A stretch of DNA of 59,014 nt from Patescibacteria group bacterium (GTDB taxonomy: Bacteria; Patescibacteriota; Microgenomatia; Levybacterales; UBA12049), in NCBI GenBank assembly GCA_041743715.1, contig JBGTMH010000069.1:1-59014 (forward strand), in the 5' to 3' direction. Positions 37,149 through 45,074 of this stretch are shown here, one piece after another. Under the pieces are notes generated by a model. That model saw nothing but the letters and a program-made list of their open reading frames with translations, was not told where the DNA came from and searched no databases. The first letter of the stretch is position 1. The number at the start of each line of letters is the position of its first letter. The translations under genes and the position numbers were made by a program.

Positions 37149-37598
37149 ATGGGTGTTCTAGAAGATATTAAAATCCTTTATGGAAATAAAAAGAAATCAG
37201 GTCAATCTGTTGTAACCAAGAAATCAAAACCTCTAAAAAAAGTTTTAATTGTCGAAGATGAACCTTTTTTACAAGAAATGTATCGTGATAAATTCAAGCA
37301 TGAAGGATTTGCAGTCATAGTTGCTGATAATGGCAAAGACGGATTAGAAAAAGCAATCAAGGATAAACCCGACATTATCCTGCTCGATCTGATGATGCCC
37401 GTTATGGACGGAAAATCAATGCTTCGTAAATTGCGTGGAATCCCAGAATTCAAAACCTTACCAGTCATTGTCCTCACCAATGCGGGAGAAGTAGAAAATA
37501 TTAGGGAAACACAACATTTCGATAACGCAAACGAATTTCTGATCAAGTCAAATGTGAATATTGATGATGTAGTAAAAAAAGTAAAGCATTGGACATAA
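37149..37598 (+). CDS. single-domain response regulator with a short basic N-terminal extension
   Basis: VLIVEDEPF, DIILLDLMMP, PVIVLTN, FLIKS. CATAAT lies 6 nt upstream of the ATG. Confidence 0.9.
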   Translation: MGVLEDIKILYGNKKKSGQSVVTKKSKPLKKVLIVEDEPFLQEMYRDKFKHEGFAVIVADNGKDGLEKAIKDKPDIILLDLMMPVMDGKSMLRKLRGIPEFKTLPVIVLTNAGEVENIRETQHFDNANEFLIKSNVNIDDVVKKVKHWT

Positions 37599-37617
37599 CC
37601 TTTTCCCAAAATATAAT
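37589..37617 (+). promoter_or_regulatory. candidate promoter TTGGAC-N17-TATAAT for the small-peptide transcript
   Basis: TTGGAC at 37589..37594, a 17-nt spacer, TATAAT at 37612..37617. This would give a roughly 240-nt 5' leader. Confidence 0.5.
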
Positions 37618-37748
37618 TTAGACTTATTGCATTAAAACCTCTTATTTAACGAGACTAATTTACCTTCTTGATGTATTTATTACAAAACCTTTTCCTTATT
37701 CTATTAATTCTATAGTTAAATAGCACTCTATTAGCAAAAAAGATAGCT

Positions 37749-37855
37749 GGGGGGCACAGCCCTCCGTAGCCTGATCCTCTACAGGATAAGATTTAAAAAT
37801 CAACAGAGGTGCGAAACCATCCTTCGCATAAAGCTTCGGATGGCGAAGGGGGGTG
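37749..37855 (+). promoter_or_regulatory. GC-rich structured 5' leader (riboswitch/attenuator-like) ending in the purine-rich RBS tract
   Basis: Hairpin GGGGGGC-aca-GCCCTCC (37749..37765) and hairpin ATCCT-ctac-AGGAT. Three mutually exclusive helices at 37810..37849 involve TTCGC and GCGAAGG. Confidence 0.4.
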
Positions 37856-37863
37856 AATAAAAT

Positions 37864-38013
37864 AATGGCTAAAACTAAAATAACTATTGATGATTTGAAA
37901 CAGCAAAGAGCTGAAGAATTACCAGAACGTGAAGAATTGACACTTTTTGGAGGATTCGGATTAGGAATATTCCTAGGCTTTGGTGGCTGTAATCCTTGCT
38001 TCCGTTGTAAGTA
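37864..38013 (+). CDS. 49-aa precursor-like peptide: charged double-glycine-type leader + Gly/Phe-rich hydrophobic segment + CxxCxxC tail
   Basis: Below the ORF-track cutoff. ATG..TAA translates to MAKTKITIDDLKQQRAEELPEREELTLFGGFGLGIFLGFGGCNPCFRCK. GAAGGGGGG lies about 10 nt upstream, and an M50 protease gene starts 100 nt downstream. The only competing ORF is an implausible antisense one. Confidence 0.6.
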
Positions 38014-38040
38014 AGGACAACTGTTAACGAAATATTGATG

Positions 38041-38073
38041 TGGGGGCGGGTCGCAAATCGAAAGACCCGCCCT
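38041..38073 (+). other. GC-clamp stem-loop after the peptide ORF (partial terminator or mRNA-stabilising hairpin)
   Basis: GGGCGGGTC (38043..38051) pairs perfectly with GACCCGCCC (38063..38071), with an 11-nt loop. No U-tract follows; TGGTATAAT (38075..38083) follows directly. Confidence 0.55.
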
Positions 38074-38113
38074 CATGGTATAATTAAAAAATACCTCAAA
38101 CTGTCCACGAATT

Positions 38114-39487
38114 ATGAAACAATTGGTTGAAGGAATAGAAATTATCGGAAAAGTCAAAGATTCAGGATACAAAATTCCACTCTATTTAATCCGTACTCAG
38201 GAGGGGAAATTTATTCAGCTGACAGATCTTTTATTCCATACTGTCGTTGCATTACAAAATGAAACAACACCTCAAGCTATCGCAGCGCGTGTCAGTGAGA
38301 TAACTGGAAAAGACATTGATGAAGATGTAATCGTATATCTTATCAATGAAAAACTTGAACCACTAGGAATTCTCGCAAGTTCTGATGTAACAAAAAAACA
38401 CAAACAGAAACAGTTGCTCGGACTTACTGCCCGTTTCACATTGCTTCCAGAATCTATCGTTAATATCTTTGCTCGTTTTTTACGACCTTTTTTCCATCCT
38501 TTTCTTATAGGTGTGGTGCTGGCTGCTGTTATTGAAATAAATATCTGGCTTTATTTTTGGCATGGCATAGACAATGCACTTGCGCAAACGACATTGCAAC
38601 CATTACTCATACTCATGATTTTAGGATTATTTCTTCTCTCAAGTCTTTTTCATGAATTAGGCCATGCGACAGGAAGTCTGTATGGAGGAGGAAAACCAGG
38701 AAGGATAGGCGCTGGTTTATATCTCTTATGGCCTGCATTTTTTACTGACATTACTGATACCTACAGACTCAATAGATTTGCCAAACTTCGAAGTGATATT
38801 GGAGGTATCTATTTTAATTTAATTTTTTCACTATTTATAGCGGTCGCATACTATTTCACAGGTTTTGAGCCACTGGTGCTTCTCATCATTATCCAGAATA
38901 TCGAAATACTTTATCAACTTTTACCATTCCTCCGCCTGGATGGATATTTTATTGTTTCAGACATTGTCGGTGTCCCAAATCTCTATGGTCGTATCAAACC
39001 ACTCTTACTAAGTATCCTTCCCGGACAACACAGAGAAGCAACAAAAGATCTCAAACCTTGGGTCAGATGGGTAGTTGTTCTTTGGGTAATACTCACTATA
39101 CCTGCACTTGGTTATTTCTTTTGGTTCTTACTAACTAATGCACCTCAAATCTTTACTACTGCCTTGATTTCGGTATTGACCCAATCAAATATAATTGCTG
39201 AAAATTTACGTAATGGTACCTATCTTTCAGCAGTTATTCCCGGTTTACAGTTGCTTATTCTTTTACTCCCTGCACTAGGATTGCTCTTAATCATTTTCCG
39301 CTTTGGAGAAACAGGATTAGATGCGATATATCGTTTGGCTGGTGATTCTTTTGGAAAAAGGACGATCATTACGGCCGGCCTATTTATAGAAGCTCTTTTA
39401 TTTGCTTATTTCTTAATCCCTCCCCAATTACTTGATACCCCGCTGAAAGTAATAGCACAAAACCTAATCTCAATATTTCCTAAATAG
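38114..39487 (+). CDS. M50-family (site-2-protease/YydH-like) membrane zinc metalloprotease with ~90-aa PqqD/RRE-like N-terminal soluble domain
   Basis: HExxH as FHELGHA and a second M50 motif LPFLRLDGYF, in a polytopic membrane region. The N-terminal segment KFIQLTDLLFHTVVALQNETTPQAIAARVSEITGKDIDEDVIVYLINEKLEPLGIL resembles PqqD-type peptide-binding domains. Confidence 0.75.
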   Translation: MKQLVEGIEIIGKVKDSGYKIPLYLIRTQEGKFIQLTDLLFHTVVALQNETTPQAIAARVSEITGKDIDEDVIVYLINEKLEPLGILASSDVTKKHKQKQLLGLTARFTLLPESIVNIFARFLRPFFHPFLIGVVLAAVIEINIWLYFWHGIDNALAQTTLQPLLILMILGLFLLSSLFHELGHATGSLYGGGKPGRIGAGLYLLWPAFFTDITDTYRLNRFAKLRSDIGGIYFNLIFSLFIAVAYYFTGFEPLVLLIIIQNIEILYQLLPFLRLDGYFIVSDIVGVPNLYGRIKPLLLSILPGQHREATKDLKPWVRWVVVLWVILTIPALGYFFWFLLTNAPQIFTTALISVLTQSNIIAENLRNGTYLSAVIPGLQLLILLLPALGLLLIIFRFGETGLDAIYRLAGDSFGKRTIITAGLFIEALLFAYFLIPPQLLDTPLKVIAQNLISIFPK

Positions 39488-39529
39488 AAACAATCTCTTT
39501 TAATGAGGTATGTTATACTTTTTGCAATA

Positions 39530-40102
39530 ATGAAAAAAAGAGTGATCTTAATACACGGTTGGGAAGGAACACCTGATAAAGGATGGAAAGTATGGCTGAA
39601 AGAGCAGTTAGAACCAAAAGGAATCAAAGTCCTTATCCCCACAATGCCTGAAACAAATACTCCTACGCTGGAAAAATGGGTATCACATCTGACATCAGTT
39701 ATCGGTAGTCCTGATGAAAATACTTTTCTCGTAGGACACAGTCTTGCATCCATAACGATTCTGAGATATTTGGAATCATTACAAGAAGGACAGCAAATTG
39801 GGGGTGCTATTTTCGTTGCGGGATTCGGAACCGATTTGGAATATGATGGATATAATCAAGAGGTGTCTAATTTCTTTACAACGCCTATCAACTGGGGGAA
39901 AGTAAAAAAACGATGCAAACATTTCGTCGCTTTCAACTCTACCGATGACCCATTGGTCAAACCTAAGCATAATAAACTGTTTGAAGAAAAACTCGACGCC
40001 AAAGCCATAATGCAAAGTAATATGAAGCATTACAGCGAAAGCGAAGGAATTATAGAAGTGCCAAGCATATTAAAGGAAGTGCTTCAAATGATAAAAGCAT
40101 AG
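39530..40102 (+). CDS. RBBP9/YdeN-family alpha/beta serine hydrolase
   Basis: VILIHGWEGTP and nucleophile elbow LVGHSLAS. Start re-called to MKKRVILIHGW. Confidence 0.75.
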   Translation: MKKRVILIHGWEGTPDKGWKVWLKEQLEPKGIKVLIPTMPETNTPTLEKWVSHLTSVIGSPDENTFLVGHSLASITILRYLESLQEGQQIGGAIFVAGFGTDLEYDGYNQEVSNFFTTPINWGKVKKRCKHFVAFNSTDDPLVKPKHNKLFEEKLDAKAIMQSNMKHYSESEGIIEVPSILKEVLQMIKA

Positions 40103-40110
40103 ATTATCCC

Positions 40111-41127
40111 CTACAGACCTGCTGCTTGGCGGATTTCTATTTCACTGAAAGGGAGTATTCTATTACTGATCATTGTGTTTAGCTTATCTAAAATAGTATT
40201 TGCCAAAAATCCATTTATTACTGTTCCTGTATGTACTCCGTCACTCAGGTAGAAATTGCGTGGATTATTATTCAGTAAGAGCCGCTCGAGTGGAACACCA
40301 TCGACTGTAATTTTGGCACTTCCGTTTTTATAAAAAAGGTCATTGTATAACTCGTTTGGATCGACTGTCTGTAAATTTTCTTCTTGCGCGAGTTTATCAA
40401 TTTCTGCGTTTGCATCTTTGACAACTTCAGACACCTGCGCTCTTTGATCGGGAAATGGATAAGCAACCTGGACTCCCAGATGATTCCCCCAGTCAGGAAT
40501 CTTAACAAGAAGTATTCGAACTTCACCTGCATCCTTTATCGCATAAACTGCTGTTTTGATATCAGCAATTACTCTGTTAATTTTGCTCTTTTTGTCAGGA
40601 TCAGAGAGATTGTTATTATAAATTGCGCCATAGTCGTCTTGTGTTATATAAGGCGCAAAATCAAGCGCTCCGATAAAGAGTATGACAACATTTAATTTTC
40701 CTTCTTTCACTTGCTGAGCAACACCGGTATGCTGTCCACTTTCTATCAGACTCCGTGCAGTCGCGCCTGATCGTGCCCAGTTATATTCAAATCCAGTCCG
40801 CCGCGGCTCACCCCAATCACCCCATTCGCCAAAGTCAGTTCCCCGAACTTTCGCAAGCAATTCTACCCAATTTTTTGTAGCCGAAGGATAATTATCTCCT
40901 CTATTATCATCTGCCCTGTATTCATCTGACTGACTGTCACCCAAAACCGCAATACCTTTCATCTTCAAAGGCACTGGTGTCACTGATGGTACCAATGGTT
41001 GTAGACGATCTATAACAGCTTGCGGATGATAAACGGTAAAAACGCCTACACTAATCGAGACAGCAAATACTCCAATCAGAATAACAAAGAGAAATATCTT
41101 AAGTATTTTACGAATTTTCTTGGACAC
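40111..41127 (-). CDS. membrane-anchored SGNH/GDSL-like hydrolase
   Basis: Block I AVLGDSQSDEY and block V LSDGVHTG. N-terminal TM. Confidence 0.7.
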   Translation of the reverse strand: MSKKIRKILKIFLFVILIGVFAVSISVGVFTVYHPQAVIDRLQPLVPSVTPVPLKMKGIAVLGDSQSDEYRADDNRGDNYPSATKNWVELLAKVRGTDFGEWGDWGEPRRTGFEYNWARSGATARSLIESGQHTGVAQQVKEGKLNVVILFIGALDFAPYITQDDYGAIYNNNLSDPDKKSKINRVIADIKTAVYAIKDAGEVRILLVKIPDWGNHLGVQVAYPFPDQRAQVSEVVKDANAEIDKLAQEENLQTVDPNELYNDLFYKNGSAKITVDGVPLERLLLNNNPRNFYLSDGVHTGTVINGFLANTILDKLNTMISNRILPFSEIEIRQAAGL

Positions 41128-41189
41128 AATTTTTCTATTGTATCAAATTATTATGTTTACGCATTGACAATATTGTGTTATATTAGGGT

Positions 41190-41879
41190 ATGAATAAGAA
41201 GCTAGAAAAATTGGTAGCGAGAATCCCAGGCTGGTTATCAACAAGAGAGGCTAGGTTTTTAGCGAACGCCGTCAAACAGACAGAGCGGCTCAGTGGCGAA
41301 ATTGTTGAACTTGGAAGCTTTTGCGGGAAATCTACTATATGCCTCGCGCAGTCAAACGGTAAAGTCTACGCGATTGATCCTCATGAAGGAGACACAGGAG
41401 AAGAAAAATACTTTCCAACATATAAAATGCTCAAGGCAAATCTTAAAAAAGCAAATGTTGCGTCTAAAGTCGAGCCAATAGTCAAGACCTCACAAGCTGC
41501 CGCAAAGACTTGGAAAAAACGTATCCGTATGCTTTTTATCGACGCCTTACACGATGAAAAAAATGCATTACGGGATTTTGAACTCTGGAGTCGGCATGTT
41601 GTCCCCGGAGGTATCATCGCCATTCATGATAGTTTCCGCAAGTGGTCAGGCAGCGAAAAAGTTGCACTGAAAAAAATTGTTCACTCAGATGATTTTTATA
41701 TCATCGGGGTAATGGATACGATAACCTACGGGGTAAAAGGAAAAGGTGCAGTAAAACATAAAATTGTCAAACACCTTCTCAGAATCTATATCCAAACCAT
41801 GGTAACTCTTGAACATATCAAAATAGTGCTTCTCAATTTCCCTTCAATCTCCCGAAAAGTATTCGGAGCAAAAGTATAA
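41190..41879 (+). CDS. class I SAM-dependent methyltransferase
   Basis: VELGSFCGKST (motif I-like), LFIDALHD, GGIIAIHD. Confidence 0.65.
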   Translation: MNKKLEKLVARIPGWLSTREARFLANAVKQTERLSGEIVELGSFCGKSTICLAQSNGKVYAIDPHEGDTGEEKYFPTYKMLKANLKKANVASKVEPIVKTSQAAAKTWKKRIRMLFIDALHDEKNALRDFELWSRHVVPGGIIAIHDSFRKWSGSEKVALKKIVHSDDFYIIGVMDTITYGVKGKGAVKHKIVKHLLRIYIQTMVTLEHIKIVLLNFPSISRKVFGAKV

Positions 41880-41883
41880 TCAT

Positions 41884-42216
41884 ATGGCCACCAAACAATC
41901 CATAGTAGACTTTCTTACAGAACAAATGGCAAATGCCGGAAACATAAGCTCTCGGAAAATGTTTGGAGAATATGCAATTTATTGCAATGAAAAAGTTGTA
42001 GCGTTTGTCTGTGATGATAAATTATTTGTCAAACCTACCCATGCAGGCCGAACATTTATCGAAACAGTCGAAGAAGCCCCTGCCTATCCTGGTAGTAAAC
42101 TCTACTTTTATATCAGTGGAGACTTTTGGGAAGACCAACAATGGCTTTCAGAACTCATATCCAAAACTGCTGAAGAATTACCGCTTCCAAAACCGAAAAA
42201 ACATAAAAAGAAATAA
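41884..42216 (+). CDS. TfoX/Sxy N-terminal-domain protein
   Basis: ISSRKMFGEYAIYCNEKVVAFVCDDKLFVK is the typical TfoX_N pattern. Confidence 0.75.
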   Translation: MATKQSIVDFLTEQMANAGNISSRKMFGEYAIYCNEKVVAFVCDDKLFVKPTHAGRTFIETVEEAPAYPGSKLYFYISGDFWEDQQWLSELISKTAEELPLPKPKKHKKK

Positions 42217-42251
42217 ACCAAAACTTATTGGTCAAAGGGGCATTCGTAACA

Positions 42252-42920
42252 CTACTTCTCATTACTCTTGAGGAGAGCAAAACCTGTCCAAATATCAAAG
42301 ATCATAGCCAGAATGAGTGATGGCATAAAGACCATAAAGCCTATAAAAGCAAGTGACGTTCCGCTTGTGAATACTCCAAGAAGAGTTGCAATACCGGCGA
42401 TTATAGCTACCCAACCAATCCCGACAGGAAGTACTTTATGCGAAATTGTTGCCCAACCGACCACCATAAGCATCAAGCCGAGCAAGAAGTTTCCAAAACC
42501 TTGAAATCCACTCGTAATCGCAGTAAACGCACCCCAAGCATTTGTGGCTGATTCAGGGTTTGTTGCTGCGAGAGCAAGAAACATTGGAATACCGATATAA
42601 AAACTCAAAGCAACCAAACCATGCCCCACTCCACCTAGAATACCAAAGTATAAAGTCGCGACAGCCGCTGTCGGCGTCTTAGCTTTAAGTTTTGCGGCCA
42701 ATCCTGCCACATAGATCATTCGCACTGCAACCCCTGCCGCGCCAAAGAGAACAGCCAACCTCAGAAATAATTCGCTGTCTCGCAAGACCATCATGGCAGT
42801 CGAAGGATTATTGAACTTTTCAGGAGAAAATCCACTAAGCATAAAGAACCCGAATTCACCAGCCAAAAAAAGACCTGTAAATATCCCAGCAATTCCTGCA
42901 TTTTTTAAACTTGGACTCAT
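42252..42920 (-). CDS. hypothetical polytopic membrane protein
   Basis: Six or more hydrophobic helices. No recognised catalytic motif. Confidence 0.6.
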   Translation of the reverse strand: MSPSLKNAGIAGIFTGLFLAGEFGFFMLSGFSPEKFNNPSTAMMVLRDSELFLRLAVLFGAAGVAVRMIYVAGLAAKLKAKTPTAAVATLYFGILGGVGHGLVALSFYIGIPMFLALAATNPESATNAWGAFTAITSGFQGFGNFLLGLMLMVVGWATISHKVLPVGIGWVAIIAGIATLLGVFTSGTSLAFIGFMVFMPSLILAMIFDIWTGFALLKSNEK

Positions 42921-42921
42921 G

Positions 42922-43515
42922 TTAGTTAACCTCCCGTGCCTGCTTAAGTGCTTTTACCCACCAGCTTAATGTTTTTAGTTGTGCGGAGATATCGCCATGT
43001 GCAAAACCTGGTTTGGGGTTGCCGCTTTCATCAAGAGCCGCCCAAACCTGTGTAATCGAAATATGATCACTCGATCTTGCGACGCTTGCTACTTGGAGTT
43101 CTGCCATCACTTGTATGAGATGTTCAATCGCGCGTGTTGCGCCAGTACCACCATAGCCGACGTAAGCAGCCACTTTATGATTCCATTCAGCATTAAGATA
43201 ATCGATAAAGTTCTTGAGACTGCCAGGTATCGAGTGGTTGTATTCACCTGTGACAAACACAAAACCATCTGCACTTCCGACTTTTTCGGCAAGTTTTTTT
43301 TGAAGAGCACCATACTGATGATGCATTGGTGGGACAGGTTCATCGAACACAGGAAGTTTCAGATCTGCCAAATCAAATAATTCCAACTCCATCCCTGAAT
43401 CAACTTTATTTGCTTCGCTTAGATACCAATCAGCAACTTTGCGGCCTACTCTCCCCTGACGTGTTGTCCCTACAATGACAAGTATTTTTGGTTTTGCTTG
43501 ATTTTTATTGAGCAT
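42922..43515 (-). CDS. NAD(P)H-dependent FMN reductase-like flavodoxin-fold oxidoreductase
   Basis: ILVIVGTTRQGRVG and FVFVTGEYNHSIPG. The track start is GTG 43536; ATG 43515 lies 7 nt after TGGTATACT. Confidence 0.8.
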   Translation of the reverse strand: MLNKNQAKPKILVIVGTTRQGRVGRKVADWYLSEANKVDSGMELELFDLADLKLPVFDEPVPPMHHQYGALQKKLAEKVGSADGFVFVTGEYNHSIPGSLKNFIDYLNAEWNHKVAAYVGYGGTGATRAIEHLIQVMAELQVASVARSSDHISITQVWAALDESGNPKPGFAHGDISAQLKTLSWWVKALKQAREVN

Positions 43516-43580
43516 ACAGAGAAGTATACCAGACACTTTCTATCTTGCAAGTACGTACAACATTGTGCTATACTCACCTT

Positions 43581-43967
43581 ATGGTAAGTAATGGATTTAA
43601 AAACGGTGAAGGTTGCCCTCCAGATTTAGCGATAATCGACTCAATCTCAGGCAAGTGGACAGTACTCGTAATTTATTTATTAAATGGCGATACGAGACGT
43701 TTTGGAGAATTGCAACGGATGGTACCTGGCATTTCACAAAAAGTGCTGACCCAAACACTTCGAAAGCTTGAACGCGATGGGATTGTAATCCGCAAAGTCT
43801 ATCCTGTTGTACCGCCCCAAGTAGATTATACTTTGACTCCGCTTGGCAAATCGTTAACGGGATTATTATCAAATATGTGTTTGTGGGCAAGAGAACATTT
43901 TGAAGAAGTTAATAAAGCAAGGATAAAATATGAGAAACACTCCAATAAAAAAACAGCCTCACTTTAA
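43581..43967 (+). CDS. HxlR-family transcriptional regulator
   Basis: CPPDLAIIDSISGKWTVLVIYLL..RRFGELQR..ISQKVLTQTLRKLERDGIV. The track start is TTG 43545; ATG 43581 lies 6 nt after TGCTATACT. Confidence 0.85.
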   Translation: MVSNGFKNGEGCPPDLAIIDSISGKWTVLVIYLLNGDTRRFGELQRMVPGISQKVLTQTLRKLERDGIVIRKVYPVVPPQVDYTLTPLGKSLTGLLSNMCLWAREHFEEVNKARIKYEKHSNKKTASL

Positions 43968-43996
43968 AATATACTTGTCCATTTTTCGGTTGCGGA

Positions 43997-45070
43997 ATGA
44001 TACAAACTTTGTTATATTCTATACATATGAATCTACCAACCCACGAAATAATGTATGAGGCATTACTCACGAAAGACAGTTATTATGAAGGTCAATTTTT
44101 TGTAGGCGTTAAAACAACTGGTATTTTTTGTCGCAACACATGTACAGCAAGAAAACCCAAAAAAGAAAATGTAGAATATTTTCAAGATACCCATAAGGCG
44201 CTTCTGCATGGATATCGTCCTTGCAAAGTATGTCATCCATTGGATGTTATTGGTAAAACACCTCCATTTATTAATGATTTACTCGAAGAATTAGATACAA
44301 AAGATTTTAAAAGAATAACAGATTGGCAGCTTCGGGAAAAAGGTTTTGATCCTATTCGTGTCCGGAGATGGTTTTTAAAAAATCACGGTATAACTTTTCA
44401 TACATATCAACGTCTCAATCGTGTGGATCAAGCGATAGGTCTTCTCAAAAATGGAGCAAATGTGACCCAAACAGCATATGACTTAGGATACGAATCACTC
44501 AGCGGTTTTGGATATTCAATGAAAAAAATGACTGGAACGTCACCAATACTGACAAAAGAGAAGCAAATCATTAAAGTTATAAAAATCCCTACGCCACTCG
44601 GTCCCATGATTGCTGCCGCATCTAACAATAGTATCTGTTTACTTGAGTTTACTGATCGTAAAATGCTTCCAACAGAAATTGAGCAATTGAAAGTATTATT
44701 GAATGCAGTATTTATCCCCGGATCAAATAAGCATCTAGACATACTAGTTCTACAACTGAAAGAATATTTTGCTGGAAAAAGAAAAGTGTTCACATTGCCG
44801 CTTGTTACTCCTGGAAGTCAATTTCAGCAAGCAGTTTGGAAAGAAATTGCAAAAATCCCTTACGGTCAAACACGTACTTACACACAGCAAGCAATTGCCG
44901 TTGGTTCTCCTCGGGCTGTGAGAGCAGTAGCAAGAACAAATGGATTGAACCGACTCGCTATCATTATCCCCTGTCATCGAATTATCGGAGCAAATGGAGC
45001 CTTAACAGGTTACGCAGGGGGTCTTGTCAGAAAGCAATGGCTACTTGATCATGAAAATAAATTTGCCTAA
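43997..45070 (+). CDS. ada: Ada-type fusion: Zn methylphosphotriester-repair domain + AraC HTH + O6-alkylguanine-DNA methyltransferase
   Basis: TGIFCRNTCTARKP (Ada Zn cluster), AraC HTH VTQTAYDLGYESLSGFGYSMKK, and MGMT active site IIPCHRIIG. The true start may be ATG 44027 or 44051. Confidence 0.85.
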   Translation: MIQTLLYSIHMNLPTHEIMYEALLTKDSYYEGQFFVGVKTTGIFCRNTCTARKPKKENVEYFQDTHKALLHGYRPCKVCHPLDVIGKTPPFINDLLEELDTKDFKRITDWQLREKGFDPIRVRRWFLKNHGITFHTYQRLNRVDQAIGLLKNGANVTQTAYDLGYESLSGFGYSMKKMTGTSPILTKEKQIIKVIKIPTPLGPMIAAASNNSICLLEFTDRKMLPTEIEQLKVLLNAVFIPGSNKHLDILVLQLKEYFAGKRKVFTLPLVTPGSQFQQAVWKEIAKIPYGQTRTYTQQAIAVGSPRAVRAVARTNGLNRLAIIIPCHRIIGANGALTGYAGGLVRKQWLLDHENKFA

Positions 45071-45074
45071 CTAT

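Noticed and set aside
37696-38172. 158-aa minus-strand ORF from the track covering the region between the response regulator and the M50 gene
   Set aside because: It runs antisense through the GC-rich hairpins and the 49-aa ORF and overlaps the M50 gene start. Its composition is odd (Pro/Cys/Ser-rich) and it has no start context. The plus-strand peptide with an RBS and a functional neighbour explains the region better.
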